Notes: a model not told the origin generated them from the sequence alone. Shown: positions 1 through 9,253, counted from the first letter of the stretch. The stretch is 32,000 nucleotides of DNA from Acaryochloris marina S15 (GCF_018336915.1 NZ_CP064923.1:4050001-4082000); one strand, 5' to 3'. Translations and numbers: made by a program.

Positions 1-1
1 T

Positions 2-1219
2 AAAGCGGGCAAATGGGAACGCAAAAAATTTACTGGCGTAGAAGTCTATAAAAAAACCCTGGGCGTTGTCGGACTCGGCAAGATCGGCTCCCACGTCGCC
101 ACAGTTGCCCGGGCAATGGGCATGAAGCTGCTAGCCTACGACCCATTTTTATCCCAAGAACGGGCAGAACAGATAGGCTGCCAGCTAGTGGAGTTAGATT
201 TCTTATTCCAAGAATCGGACTACATCACATTGCACCTTCCCAAAACACCAGAAACACAGAATTTAGTCAATGCTGAGACCCTCGGCAAAATGAAGTCCAC
301 CGCCCGCATTATCAACTGTGCTCGGGGCGGCATCATTGACGAGGAGGCTCTCGGCAAAGCCCTAGAATCTGGACAAATCGCCGCCGCCGCCTTGGATGTT
401 TATGCCAGTGAACCTTTAGGCGACTCTCCCCTTTGCCACCTAGAGCAAGACATCATCTTGACCCCACACCTAGGGGCATCGACTGAAGAGGCTCAAACCA
501 ATGTGGCAGTGGATGTAGCCGAACAAATTCGAGATGTCCTCTTGGGGCTACCCGCCCGTTCAGCCGTGAACATTCCCGGTTTACGTCCTGACGTATTGGA
601 AAAACTCAAGCCTTACATGCTCTTAGCAGAGACCCTGGGCAATCTAGTCGGTCAGCTGGCTGGCGGCCGGATTGAATCGTTAGACGTCCGTCTCCAAGGA
701 GAACTGGCTTCCAATGATAGTCAGCCGATTGTTGTTGCCGCCCTCAAAGGACTGCTATCTCCTGCCTTGAGAGAGCGTGTCAACTATGTGAACGCTGGAA
801 TTGAAGCCAAAGATCGCGGTATTCGTGTTGTAGAGACCCGCGATGCTTCAGTCCGAGACTATTCTGGGTCGATTCAACTCTCTGCCAAAGGTCCCTCTGA
901 AACTCGCTCGGTTACAGGCGCCATCTTGGGTGAAGATGAACTACGGATTACCAACATTGATGATTTCCCCATCAATGTTGTCCCTACTCGGCACATGCTG
1001 CTGACGGTACACCGGGATATGCCAGGCATTATCGGCCAAATTGGCTCTCAGTTAGGTAGCTTCAACGTCAACATCGCCAGTATGCAGGTGGGTCGTAAGT
1101 TGGTGCGAGGTTCTGCCGTCATGGTCCTCAGCCTAGATGATCCTTTACCAGAAGGGGTGCTGTCTGAAATCACGAATGTAGAAGGGATTCGGGATGCCTA
1201 TATTGTGAATTTGCAGTAA
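2..1219 (+). CDS. serA: D-3-phosphoglycerate dehydrogenase, long form with C-terminal regulatory (ACT-like) region; 5' end lies outside the window
   Basis: The frame is open from base 2 (KAGKWERKKFTGVEVYKKTLGVVGLGKIGSHVA...), upstream of the ORF-track ATG at 116. It shows the NAD-binding GLGKIG motif, NCARGGIIDE and LTPHLGASTEEAQ typical of D-isomer 2-hydroxyacid dehydrogenases, and a C-terminal HRDMPGIIGQIGSQLGSFNVNIASMQVGR ACT-like segment. Stop TAA is at 1217-1219. Confidence 0.9.
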   Translation, partial: KAGKWERKKFTGVEVYKKTLGVVGLGKIGSHVATVARAMGMKLLAYDPFLSQERAEQIGCQLVELDFLFQESDYITLHLPKTPETQNLVNAETLGKMKSTARIINCARGGIIDEEALGKALESGQIAAAALDVYASEPLGDSPLCHLEQDIILTPHLGASTEEAQTNVAVDVAEQIRDVLLGLPARSAVNIPGLRPDVLEKLKPYMLLAETLGNLVGQLAGGRIESLDVRLQGELASNDSQPIVVAALKGLLSPALRERVNYVNAGIEAKDRGIRVVETRDASVRDYSGSIQLSAKGPSETRSVTGAILGEDELRITNIDDFPINVVPTRHMLLTVHRDMPGIIGQIGSQLGSFNVNIASMQVGRKLVRGSAVMVLSLDDPLPEGVLSEITNVEGIRDAYIVNLQ

Positions 1220-2160
1220 TGCCTGATTCTCAAGGCAATCAAAATCAGTCGGTCACTCCTGCGACTTTACCTCCTAGCCAATGGTGGGAAATTAAAGTTG
1301 TGGGGGTGCCCCTGATAGATGATCTATTGTTTTGGCGACTACAAGAGGAAGGATGCCAAGGCACAGCGAGTCAAGTGGTCAATCAAGAGCTGACTGTTTG
1401 CGGATATCTGTCCCTGGACCGGGTCCAATCGATTGATCTGCAAAAAATTGCCACGCGCTTACATCAGGATGTTCAATCCGTGGGACATCCTGCCCCAGAC
1501 ATTAGCTGGCAGTTAATTACAGAGGAAGATTGGGCCCATAACTGGCGAAACTATTGGCACCCTCAAGAAGTCGGCCATCGGTTACTGATCTATCCAGCTT
1601 GGCTAGAAGTGCCAGAGCAGTGTGAACGTCTCTTGATTCGCCTCAATCCTGGAGTTGCCTTTGGCACAGGTGCTCATGCAACCACTCAGCTATGCTTACG
1701 AGCCCTAGAACAGCAGATTCAGGAACAATCTAATCCCCTCGCCATCGCTGATATTGGTTGTGGCACCGGTATTCTTTCCATTGCTGCTCTTCTTTTGGGA
1801 GCCAACAAAGCCTATGCAGTTGATCTAGATCCGCTCGCCATTGGTGCAACCCAGGCTAGCCGAAAGCTGAATGGCCTTACGTCAGACCAACTATGGGTTA
1901 CGGAAGGAAGTCTTGACCAAGTGGCACAGCATCTTCAGCATCCAGTCCAAGGGTTTTGCTGCAATATTTTGGCCCATATCATTCTTGACTTAATCCCTCA
2001 ATTTACTGATATCACTGGCCGGGACAGTTGGGGGATTCTTAGCGGTATTTTAGATACTCAAGCATCCATGATTATTGAGGCCCTACATGCTCATGGCTGG
2101 AAAGTTTGCGATATCCATCATGAACAAGACTGGTGCAGCTTGATCATTGAACGAAGCTGA
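1219..2160 (+). CDS. prmA: ribosomal protein L11 methyltransferase
   Basis: NPGVAFGTGAHATTQLCLRALE and the SAM-binding DIGCGTGILSIAA are hallmark PrmA motifs. The ATG shares one base with the serA stop (TAATG at 1217-1221). Confidence 0.88.
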   Translation: MPDSQGNQNQSVTPATLPPSQWWEIKVVGVPLIDDLLFWRLQEEGCQGTASQVVNQELTVCGYLSLDRVQSIDLQKIATRLHQDVQSVGHPAPDISWQLITEEDWAHNWRNYWHPQEVGHRLLIYPAWLEVPEQCERLLIRLNPGVAFGTGAHATTQLCLRALEQQIQEQSNPLAIADIGCGTGILSIAALLLGANKAYAVDLDPLAIGATQASRKLNGLTSDQLWVTEGSLDQVAQHLQHPVQGFCCNILAHIILDLIPQFTDITGRDSWGILSGILDTQASMIIEALHAHGWKVCDIHHEQDWCSLIIERS

Positions 2161-2188
2161 AATACTGACACCCTTATATTTTGTCTTT

Positions 2189-2215
2189 AAACGCAGCTTC
2201 ATCCGAGCTGCGTTT
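2189..2215 (+). terminator. putative intrinsic terminator of serA-prmA
   Basis: Perfect 10-bp inverted repeat AAACGCAGCT (2189-2198) / AGCTGCGTTT (2206-2215) with a 7-nt loop, 29 nt after the prmA stop. The T-tract is short (TTT, inside the stem end). Confidence 0.5.
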
Positions 2216-3488
2216 CCAATTCTTATCTATCACAGCCTGACTTAGTGGAAATTCGTGAAAAGTGGGACTAATCCTAACTATAGTTTACGAACTAAGGTGG
2301 GGCAGCTTGGAAAAATACCTATAGCTTGAGATGCCTCTTCCATTGAAAGGGTGCACTAGCAGATTCTCTTACAGAAACGATCTGGGACCTATTTGTAACT
2401 TTCCTCATAGTCTCCAGAAAACACTGTATTCACAACACTAAAAAACCAGACTGTATCGCAGCAAGAATACGGTCAACCTATCGTAGACAATCCTGACTAT
2501 GCATGACGGCATAAGTTGAATTGACTTGGCAAACCACAGAATCTGATTCTACAGCTACTCTCTCTACCAATGTCTCTCCATTCAAATCACAGGTATTGCT
2601 ATTACTAGTGGAGAATACAGCGATTTTCAGACACCTGATTTAGATTACTCACGATTTTTCAGATATTTATGTCTTTCTGAGCAATCAGCCACTTAGTATG
2701 GGCCTTAACCGACCTAGACAGGAAGTCTATTCCGTGCTCCCAAGCTTAGAGAATTTCGCATTATAAAAAAGCTAAGATCAATCTTTTTTATTTGAGCTAA
2801 CAGAAAATATTGGTAGTTCTCTTATCTATTTCAAAAGCAGCAAACCTGATTATTAGACTGTTTTTGGTGTACAATATTGCCTCAAACTTATCTTAGAAGG
2901 AGTTTAGACCAGAAAACGAGAAAACAAGCAGAAAAGAGATAGAAACTAGTCTTTGATTGGCCTTCCAGTATAATATTTAGACTTTCTCCAGGTCAATATC
3001 TAATGAGGTAAAGATAAAAACTTTTTTTCCAATGACTCATATTTTGCTTGAATAAAGAAAGTGATTTATTTTTTTAAGCATGAAGATTAATTAAAAAACA
3101 ATCAATTCTTATACTTCAAAAATCACTTATTTTACTCTCAATCAGCAATTTTTTACTTATTATCTGTGCAATTAGTCGATTTTCATAGTGATTTATTGGA
3201 ACATAGAAGCCTAATATCTCTTAGATCCACTAATCATTCTCTACTTGCTTATTTAAGGTAGTTTCTGTTATTTGTCAAATAGAACACAAAACACGAATTA
3301 TCAAATCCTTATTCTCTATGGCAATATTATAAGTATCATTTTAGATATTTTTCTACGAATCAATTGAGGGATAATATAGAAATGCCTAGTCACACTCTCT
3401 TAAAATTCAAAGATCTAAGCATGTAGCCCTCAACTCATAAAAATATCATCTATAAAATCTCCTGCTTGAGTTTAGTAAATTAGAACTG

Positions 3489-5657
3489 ATGTTAATTTTG
3501 CAGCCGTATATTCAACAGGCTTTCAATAAAGTAGCAATTACAAGTAGTAAAGTTAAGAAACTCACTCTTGTTAGTTTCTTTAAACACTATATTGGCTTAA
3601 CTTTATCGAACAAAAAGCTTGAGGGGAATCGACTAACATCAGTTGATGAGCTATGCCAAGAACATCCAAAGCTTATTGCCAATCTATTTGAAAACATTAA
3701 CCTTGAACATCCTGGCCTAGAGGAAGTCAGAGAATATATCAATAATGGTGACTATACTCAAGCTAGCCATTCATTAATTAAATATTTCCGGAAGAAGCCG
3801 GATAAAATAGGCTGGAAGAATTTACTTCCAGAACAAAAATTTAACAAGGATTTAGATGCAGATCACATCTTAAACAATGAATTTATCTTCCAACGTATTA
3901 GTGGCATCGTTCCCCAAGACAATGACAGTTTTAACTGGTCTTATCTAGGTTCTAAAGAGGATTCTGAGTGGGCGTGGTTTTTGAACAGGCATTACCATGT
4001 TGTCGACCTTTTTCATGCTTATCTAAGAAGTGGAAACTCAGATTATGTTCAATATATTTACCTCAGTATCAGAGATTGGATATTAACTAGCATTGCAGCC
4101 CCCAATACACACTACTGGGCTCAATGGCGAGGTCGGGAAGTCGCTTGCCGTATCCTGCACTGGGCTCCCATATTTTATGGTTTGCTGGAGAGTCCAAGCT
4201 TTTCAGAAGTCGATCATCTGCTGATGCTCGCGATCTTGCCGGTACATGGCAATTTTCTGCGGCATTGCCACACCTGGGGAGCAAACTGGCTTGCTCGTGA
4301 GATGAACGGATTAGCCACTCTAGCAATATGCTGGCCTGAGTTTAAATTCTCCCAATCTTGGTTGACTTACGCCCAATTTCACATGTCCCGTGAGATCAAC
4401 TTGCAAGTCTATCCGGATGGGAGTCATAAAGAATTAACGAGTCACTACCATCGAGTGACCCTGCTAGATTTCAATAATTTCGCAAAATTAATACAGCTTT
4501 CTGGCCACAACTTACCTATTTCTTTTGCCAAAACATTGGAGAGGATGTGGAACTATCTTGCATTTACGATGCGGCCAGATGGCAGTGCCCCCCTCAATAA
4601 TGATTCGGATCGAGATGAGATCCAAACAGCTGTCCAGAACGAGGGAAAGCTATATAACCGCTCTGATTGGCAATATATTGCATCCAATGGACAAGAAGGA
4701 GAATGTCCTCTCTCCCCCTCTATTATCTTTCCTTGGGCAGGCCAAGTGATTATGCGGAGTAGTTGGAAAAAAGATGCCCATTGGGGATTTTTTGATGTGG
4801 GTCCCCACGGCATTAATTACCATACCCACAACGATAAATTACACCTTTCTATTGCCGCATTTGGTCGAGATCTCTTAGTAGATAGCGGACGCTATCACTA
4901 CAAACGAGATCCCTTCTGGCATTATTTTAGGAACTCAGCTAGCCACAATACAATTCTCGTTGATGGTCAGAGCCAAAATCCGGACATCGGTGAAGCACTA
5001 AGTCCCGTCGAACAGCAATTTTATTCAACATCAGAGTTTGATTTTGCTTATGGCAAGTTTGATCAAGGGTATCAAGGCGTTGCAGACAAAGTCATACATT
5101 CACGATTTCTAGTCTATCTGCGCCATAAGTATTGGATTGTGATTGATCGTGTGTCTGCTAGCTCTGCTCATCAAATTCAAGCACTCTGGCACTTTCATCC
5201 TGATTGTGATGTTGAAGTTCAAGGTCCCTCTATCGTCACCACTAATGCTAATTGCGGCAATTTACGAATTGTCCCGACTGATAATCTGTCATGGGATATC
5301 GATATTGCCAAAGGTCGTATGCAACCTGTTCAAGGATGGTGGAGTAAAGAATATAACCATAAACAACCTAATCCAACAGTGATCTATTCATCCAATATTT
5401 CTACAACAGCAACGTTTGCCTGGATTTTGTGCCCTGCGCTGGGTGTTGTATCGCAACTTGATGTTCAGTATCAATCCATTTCTGAAGATCGGATACAGCT
5501 AGAAGTAAAAAATGCGTCTAATCGGATTCAGGTCTCTTTATGTCTAGATGAACAACAAATTCTAAATTCTTTGCCTACCCACCCAGAGGCCATCATTCAA
5601 GTTGAAGGCTTGCCCCCTCAAGGGTACTCTCAACATTCAGTAGGCCATATAAAATAA
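3489..5657 (+). CDS. heparinase II/III-family (polysaccharide lyase-like) protein
   Basis: 722 aa. The C-terminal half has GPHGINYHTHNDKLHLSIAAFGRDLLVDSGRYHY ... NSASHNTILVDGQSQ, which I recognise as the heparinase II/III-like domain signature. The N-terminal half is helical with WAWFLNRHYH, NWLAREMNGLA and DGSHKELTSHYH, resembling the alginate-lyase/heparinase N-domain. No obvious signal peptide. G+C is lower than in flanking genes. Confidence 0.75.
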   Translation: MLILQPYIQQAFNKVAITSSKVKKLTLVSFFKHYIGLTLSNKKLEGNRLTSVDELCQEHPKLIANLFENINLEHPGLEEVREYINNGDYTQASHSLIKYFRKKPDKIGWKNLLPEQKFNKDLDADHILNNEFIFQRISGIVPQDNDSFNWSYLGSKEDSEWAWFLNRHYHVVDLFHAYLRSGNSDYVQYIYLSIRDWILTSIAAPNTHYWAQWRGREVACRILHWAPIFYGLLESPSFSEVDHLLMLAILPVHGNFLRHCHTWGANWLAREMNGLATLAICWPEFKFSQSWLTYAQFHMSREINLQVYPDGSHKELTSHYHRVTLLDFNNFAKLIQLSGHNLPISFAKTLERMWNYLAFTMRPDGSAPLNNDSDRDEIQTAVQNEGKLYNRSDWQYIASNGQEGECPLSPSIIFPWAGQVIMRSSWKKDAHWGFFDVGPHGINYHTHNDKLHLSIAAFGRDLLVDSGRYHYKRDPFWHYFRNSASHNTILVDGQSQNPDIGEALSPVEQQFYSTSEFDFAYGKFDQGYQGVADKVIHSRFLVYLRHKYWIVIDRVSASSAHQIQALWHFHPDCDVEVQGPSIVTTNANCGNLRIVPTDNLSWDIDIAKGRMQPVQGWWSKEYNHKQPNPTVIYSSNISTTATFAWILCPALGVVSQLDVQYQSISEDRIQLEVKNASNRIQVSLCLDEQQILNSLPTHPEAIIQVEGLPPQGYSQHSVGHIK

Positions 5658-5711
5658 ATCTGCTTGATGGCGGCAGGTTCTTCATTCAAACGCTTTTGAG
5701 GGCATTGCAAC

Positions 5712-6779
5712 TTATAGACCAGAGGCATGAATTTGGTAGGATATCTCCTCTATCGGCAGGTTATTGATGTCATGGTCATCATACGTTAGTTGTAGCCGAC
5801 GTTCACCTGCGTAATCTACTAATTTTCCCCCATAAAGTTCTGCTTTTGAGCCAAGGCTCTGGATATGAACTTTCCCTTGAAAAACCGTTGCCCGAGCAAG
5901 ATAGATCACGAGATCATCTCTTGAAGGCCTATTAACGGTGGTGCTAGCTGTTAAGTGTGCCAGCCCTCTCTCATCCATCTCTTGGGTCAAGGCCATGGAG
6001 GTATTGCGAATCCCACGAATGGCTACGATAGCGGATGCAACAGCTAAGGTAATATCTACGCCTTCTTCTGTATAAATTTTTTGGGTGGAAAGGTACTGGA
6101 AATTTTTTTCGCCTAAGTCATCCCGAATGCGTCTATGAATCAAGTTATGGGGATGATAGTGACTTAAGGCATCTGCAATGGCTCCACAGGCTGCCCGAGG
6201 TTCCCGCCAGGGAGACTCACGGGTTTTACCATAGACTCGTTGCCCGTCTTCTCGTAATCGCCCTACATGGGTTTTGAGATCAATGGCAACTAGCACCATG
6301 GATTGAGGATTACCTGCATATAGACGACGGCGGAGGGATTCATCAATTTGATGAGCAACAGTGACATGGGCAAGGGTTGCCCCATTATCCGTCCCTCCAC
6401 CTGCGGGGAAAAAAGCTTCTAGTTTCAGCTCTCCAATTTCCGATAGGGTTGCAAACCTTGAGGCGACAACGTCTCGATATCGCTTTGTCGCTTCACCTTG
6501 ATGAATCCGATCACCACAATTGGTATAGGCCAAGGTTGTGACGACACTCGGTAAGCTTAAATCGGCACCGCACACGTTGATATCAGTTTTGCTAGCCGCC
6601 GCAAATTGTAGTTCATCTCGGAGTAGCTGCAGCCCATTGATCAGAGCATACCGATCACTGACAATTTCGTTGAGGTAATTGTGATAGGCATTCCTTTCCA
6701 TGCCAAAATTGGCAGACAGTTGCCAAAATTTTTCTAGTCGCTTTTGAGCAAAACTCGGATCAAATGGCATAGACATCAA
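5712..6779 (-). CDS. conserved-looking hypothetical protein, function not recognised
   Basis: Long clean ORF (355 aa) with host-like composition and no strong competing frame. No motif I can name with confidence (FPAGGGTDNGATLAH, HYHPHNLIH). Three candidate ATG starts at 6779, 6776 and 6770. Confidence 0.6.
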   Translation of the reverse strand: MMSMPFDPSFAQKRLEKFWQLSANFGMERNAYHNYLNEIVSDRYALINGLQLLRDELQFAAASKTDINVCGADLSLPSVVTTLAYTNCGDRIHQGEATKRYRDVVASRFATLSEIGELKLEAFFPAGGGTDNGATLAHVTVAHQIDESLRRRLYAGNPQSMVLVAIDLKTHVGRLREDGQRVYGKTRESPWREPRAACGAIADALSHYHPHNLIHRRIRDDLGEKNFQYLSTQKIYTEEGVDITLAVASAIVAIRGIRNTSMALTQEMDERGLAHLTASTTVNRPSRDDLVIYLARATVFQGKVHIQSLGSKAELYGGKLVDYAGERRLQLTYDDHDINNLPIEEISYQIHASGL

Positions 6780-7013
6780 TGGTTACTTGGCCGTAGTCAC
6801 AGAAATTAAAGCACCCATATTGTTGACAAATCTGTCAATGGCTCTCCTTGTCTTAGTAGGACTTAATATCTGCATTCTATTTTGGACAGAAGCTTCCCCT
6901 GCAGTCATCATGGGAAAGGCAAAAAAAATTAGGGTTTAAGTGGGCTACTCCAGGTTTACCCGAAGGATGGGAAACCTAGGCAAGCCCCCTGAAAAGTTGG
7001 AGTGATCAATGTG

Positions 7014-7445
7014 ATGGATAATTGTCCTTTTTGTGCGATCGCACAAGGTGATGCGCCCGTCAGCACCGTCTATGAAGATGAAGCGGTGATGGCCTTTATC
7101 CCATTACATCCGGTCTATCCGGGGGCCTGTTTGGTCATTCCTAAAGCTCATATTGACCATTTCACAGATATTCCTGATCCACTCGCGGCAAAAGTGATGG
7201 TCGCTGCCCAACAGGTGGGGCGGAGGATCATGGCCGTTTATAAACCGCTACGGATTGGCATGCTAGTACATGGCTTTACAGTAGCCCACGCTCATCTCCA
7301 TCTCATTCCCCAATATGGCCCCCTAGATATTATGCATAAACACTATGCCTACTGTGAGGGTGGAGAAGCCAAATTCGGTGATAAAGATATTCCCACCCCA
7401 TCTCGCCAAGAACTAGATCAGATGGCAGCATCCTTAAGACTCTGA
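7014..7445 (+). CDS. HIT (histidine triad) family nucleotide hydrolase/transferase
   Basis: Histidine triad HAHLHLIP near the C-terminus and N-terminal CPFCAI, typical of HIT/Hint proteins. The ORF track starts at GTG 7002. ATG 7014 is 11 nt after GGAG (6999-7002) and is my preferred start. Confidence 0.85.
   Translation: MDNCPFCAIAQGDAPVSTVYEDEAVMAFIPLHPVYPGACLVIPKAHIDHFTDIPDPLAAKVMVAAQQVGRRIMAVYKPLRIGMLVHGFTVAHAHLHLIPQYGPLDIMHKHYAYCEGGEAKFGDKDIPTPSRQELDQMAASLRL
7035..7042. repeat. HIP1 palindrome GCGATCGC
   Basis: Exact octamer read in the sequence (inside the HIT gene). Confidence 0.95.
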
Positions 7446-7461
7446 GCTCAGGTTTAGCCAC

Positions 7462-7495
7462 AAAAAAATCTGCTAGCTTCAAGAGCTAGCAGATT
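7462..7495. terminator. bidirectional intrinsic terminator between the convergent HIT and isiA/pcb-like genes
   Basis: Perfect 12-bp stem AATCTGCTAGCT (7467-7478) / AGCTAGCAGATT (7484-7495) with a 5-nt loop. It is preceded on the + strand by A7 (7462-7468), which gives a U7 tail for the minus-strand transcript. The + strand tail TTCTCAATT is weaker. Confidence 0.7.
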
Positions 7496-7522
7496 CTCAA
7501 TTATCAGACAATAGGTGATGGT

Positions 7523-8596
7523 TTATGCAGGAGCATTACCTGTATCACGAGCAATAACAGCAGGGATATTCTCGAACTTGAAGCCCATTGCTCTCAAGGA
7601 ATGGAAAAGGTGTCCTTGTAGGCAATAGAAAGCAACATAATAGGTAACGTTAGCCAACCACGCACGAGACGTGTAAAAACCTTCAGCTAAATCAGCAGTG
7701 TCTTTGAAGTAAGGGGCAATACCGAACTTAACTTCGCAAGCAGCGCCGTAGAATTCAACAGGATAAACAAAGGTGTTCACTGCACAGAAGTAGGCAGAGA
7801 TGAAACCCATGATGGCAACACCACCAAGGGAAGTTCCGATCAAACCATCAGGAGTGTAGATACTGATGCGAGATCCGAGGTCTTGCTCCCACTTGAAAGG
7901 AGCAACGTTGATGTGCCAGATTCCACCAGCCATATCAAACAAACCAATGAACAGGTGACCAGAAGCTAGGTCATCAAGGTTGTCAACGAAGAAAGGATTG
8001 TATCCAGGAGTAGACCAACCATACTTAAAGACGTTAGCGATGGTAGAACCAGGAGCAGCAACTTTAACCACTTCACCAACTGTTGGATCGTAAAGACCGT
8101 GGAACTTCATCCAACCGACAAAGATCAAGGAAGCGAATCCAATGAAGAGTAAGTGGTTACCAAGGATATAACCGAGTTGCTTGGGATCATCCCATTCAAA
8201 GGAAAATCGCTCAGTATTTCCACGACCGCCATCTGATAGAGCGGAAGGACCAAGCTTGGCATGGAAGTAAGCACCTGCAAACAGCACTAAGCTAGCCACC
8301 ATGTGGATAGCACCAACTTGTGTGTAAACGAAAGTGTTAGTAACAACACCACCAGGCCCAATACCAAAGCCTTCTGCAGCAAGGTGGGGAATTAAAACCA
8401 ACCCTTGGTCAAACATGGGAAGGTTGGGGTCAAACACTTGATTTTCAGAAAAAGTATTAAACCCAACCCAAAACATGATCAAACCAATCTGCAGGATGTG
8501 AGCTGCTAACCATTTGCCCTGCGCGCTGGTGTCTACTAACCGGCTATTACCCTGATACCAGGGATATTCAGGAGAAGTATCGACTTTTGTTGCCAT
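7523..8596 (-). CDS. chlorophyll-binding light-harvesting protein of the CP43/IsiA/Pcb six-helix family
   Basis: At 357 aa it is too short for CP43 (it lacks the large lumenal loop). It has conserved His-bearing helices (AAHILQ, GAIHMVAS, AGAYFHA, LGNHLLF, ASGHLF, GGIWHI) and the family-typical C-terminus YCLQGHLFHSLRAMGF. I cannot separate IsiA from Pcb by eye. Confidence 0.88.
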   Translation of the reverse strand: MATKVDTSPEYPWYQGNSRLVDTSAQGKWLAAHILQIGLIMFWVGFNTFSENQVFDPNLPMFDQGLVLIPHLAAEGFGIGPGGVVTNTFVYTQVGAIHMVASLVLFAGAYFHAKLGPSALSDGGRGNTERFSFEWDDPKQLGYILGNHLLFIGFASLIFVGWMKFHGLYDPTVGEVVKVAAPGSTIANVFKYGWSTPGYNPFFVDNLDDLASGHLFIGLFDMAGGIWHINVAPFKWEQDLGSRISIYTPDGLIGTSLGGVAIMGFISAYFCAVNTFVYPVEFYGAACEVKFGIAPYFKDTADLAEGFYTSRAWLANVTYYVAFYCLQGHLFHSLRAMGFKFENIPAVIARDTGNAPA

Positions 8597-9253
8597 TTTC
8601 TTTATTCCAAAAGGATAATGTTTTGAGGAAAAACGACTCTATAAAATTTCGCCTGATAAAACTTATGTCACAGGAAAATGCAATTATCTTAAACAGGCGG
8701 ATGAAATAATGTTACGACGCCATGCCCTGTACAACAAGCGGTTCTGGTATTTATCCATTAGCGCTCTATTGTTAAGGCGACTCGTAAGGAACCAGCAAAT
8801 GCGGGAAACCCACTATCTGACCAGCCAATTGAAGCTCAAGTATACCTTGCAGAATGCATTCAATCCGTTATCCATACTCAGTATTAGACCGAATATCCAG
8901 ATCAACAGGCCTTCACCTCCAAACTGTTGTTGATGAAAGGAATCGGGATAACACTTAAGACTACTTAATCTTTAGCATTTCCAGCACTAAGATCCTGTAC
9001 TGAAAGTAACAAAATGTAATGTTTTATGAAGTACTCTCAGGTACGCAAAGCCTTTCAAGTAGCGGGATCCATTTATACAGGGGTTGGGATAATATCACTG
9101 CCCTCTTATTCATAAGATTTCCAGAGCGCGATTACGGGTAAAGATGTAGGTGATTTTCCAGCCATCCCCGTAGGTTATCTAGCAGGCATGGGATCCGCTC
9201 CTCTATCTCAACTGATGTAGACAGACCACAGCCTCCAATGATTACTTCAAGAA

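Noticed and set aside
3060-3197. Motif AGTGATTT(ATT) occurring at 3060 and 3187 (11-mer identical) and inverted at 3120, with spacing of about 60-67 nt.
   Set aside because: A back-of-envelope estimate for a 1.3-kb region with this AT bias gives about one identical 11-mer pair expected by chance, so the repeat is not significant on its own.
4087-5382. Four 74-86-aa ORFs (4087-4326 minus, 4525-4749 plus, 4553-4813 minus, 5143-5382 plus) inside the heparinase-like gene.
   Set aside because: All lie fully within, and out of frame with or antisense to, a 722-aa ORF that has clear family motifs. Their translations are low-complexity with no motifs. They are typical shadow ORFs.
8614-8620. GATAATG just upstream of the isiA/pcb-like start, reminiscent of the first 7 nt of a Fur box (GATAATGATAATCATTATC).
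   Set aside because: Only the first heptamer matches and the remaining 12 positions do not. In AT-rich DNA such a heptamer is expected by chance. I did not call it a regulatory site.
8709-8933. 74-aa ORF in the pcb/LpxB-like intergenic region.
   Set aside because: No convincing RBS. The sequence is Arg/Leu-rich and odd (MLRRHALYNKRFWYLSISALLLRRLVRNQQ...) with no recognisable motif. It lies in what is more likely the isiA/pcb upstream regulatory region. I cannot exclude a small protein, but nothing supports it.
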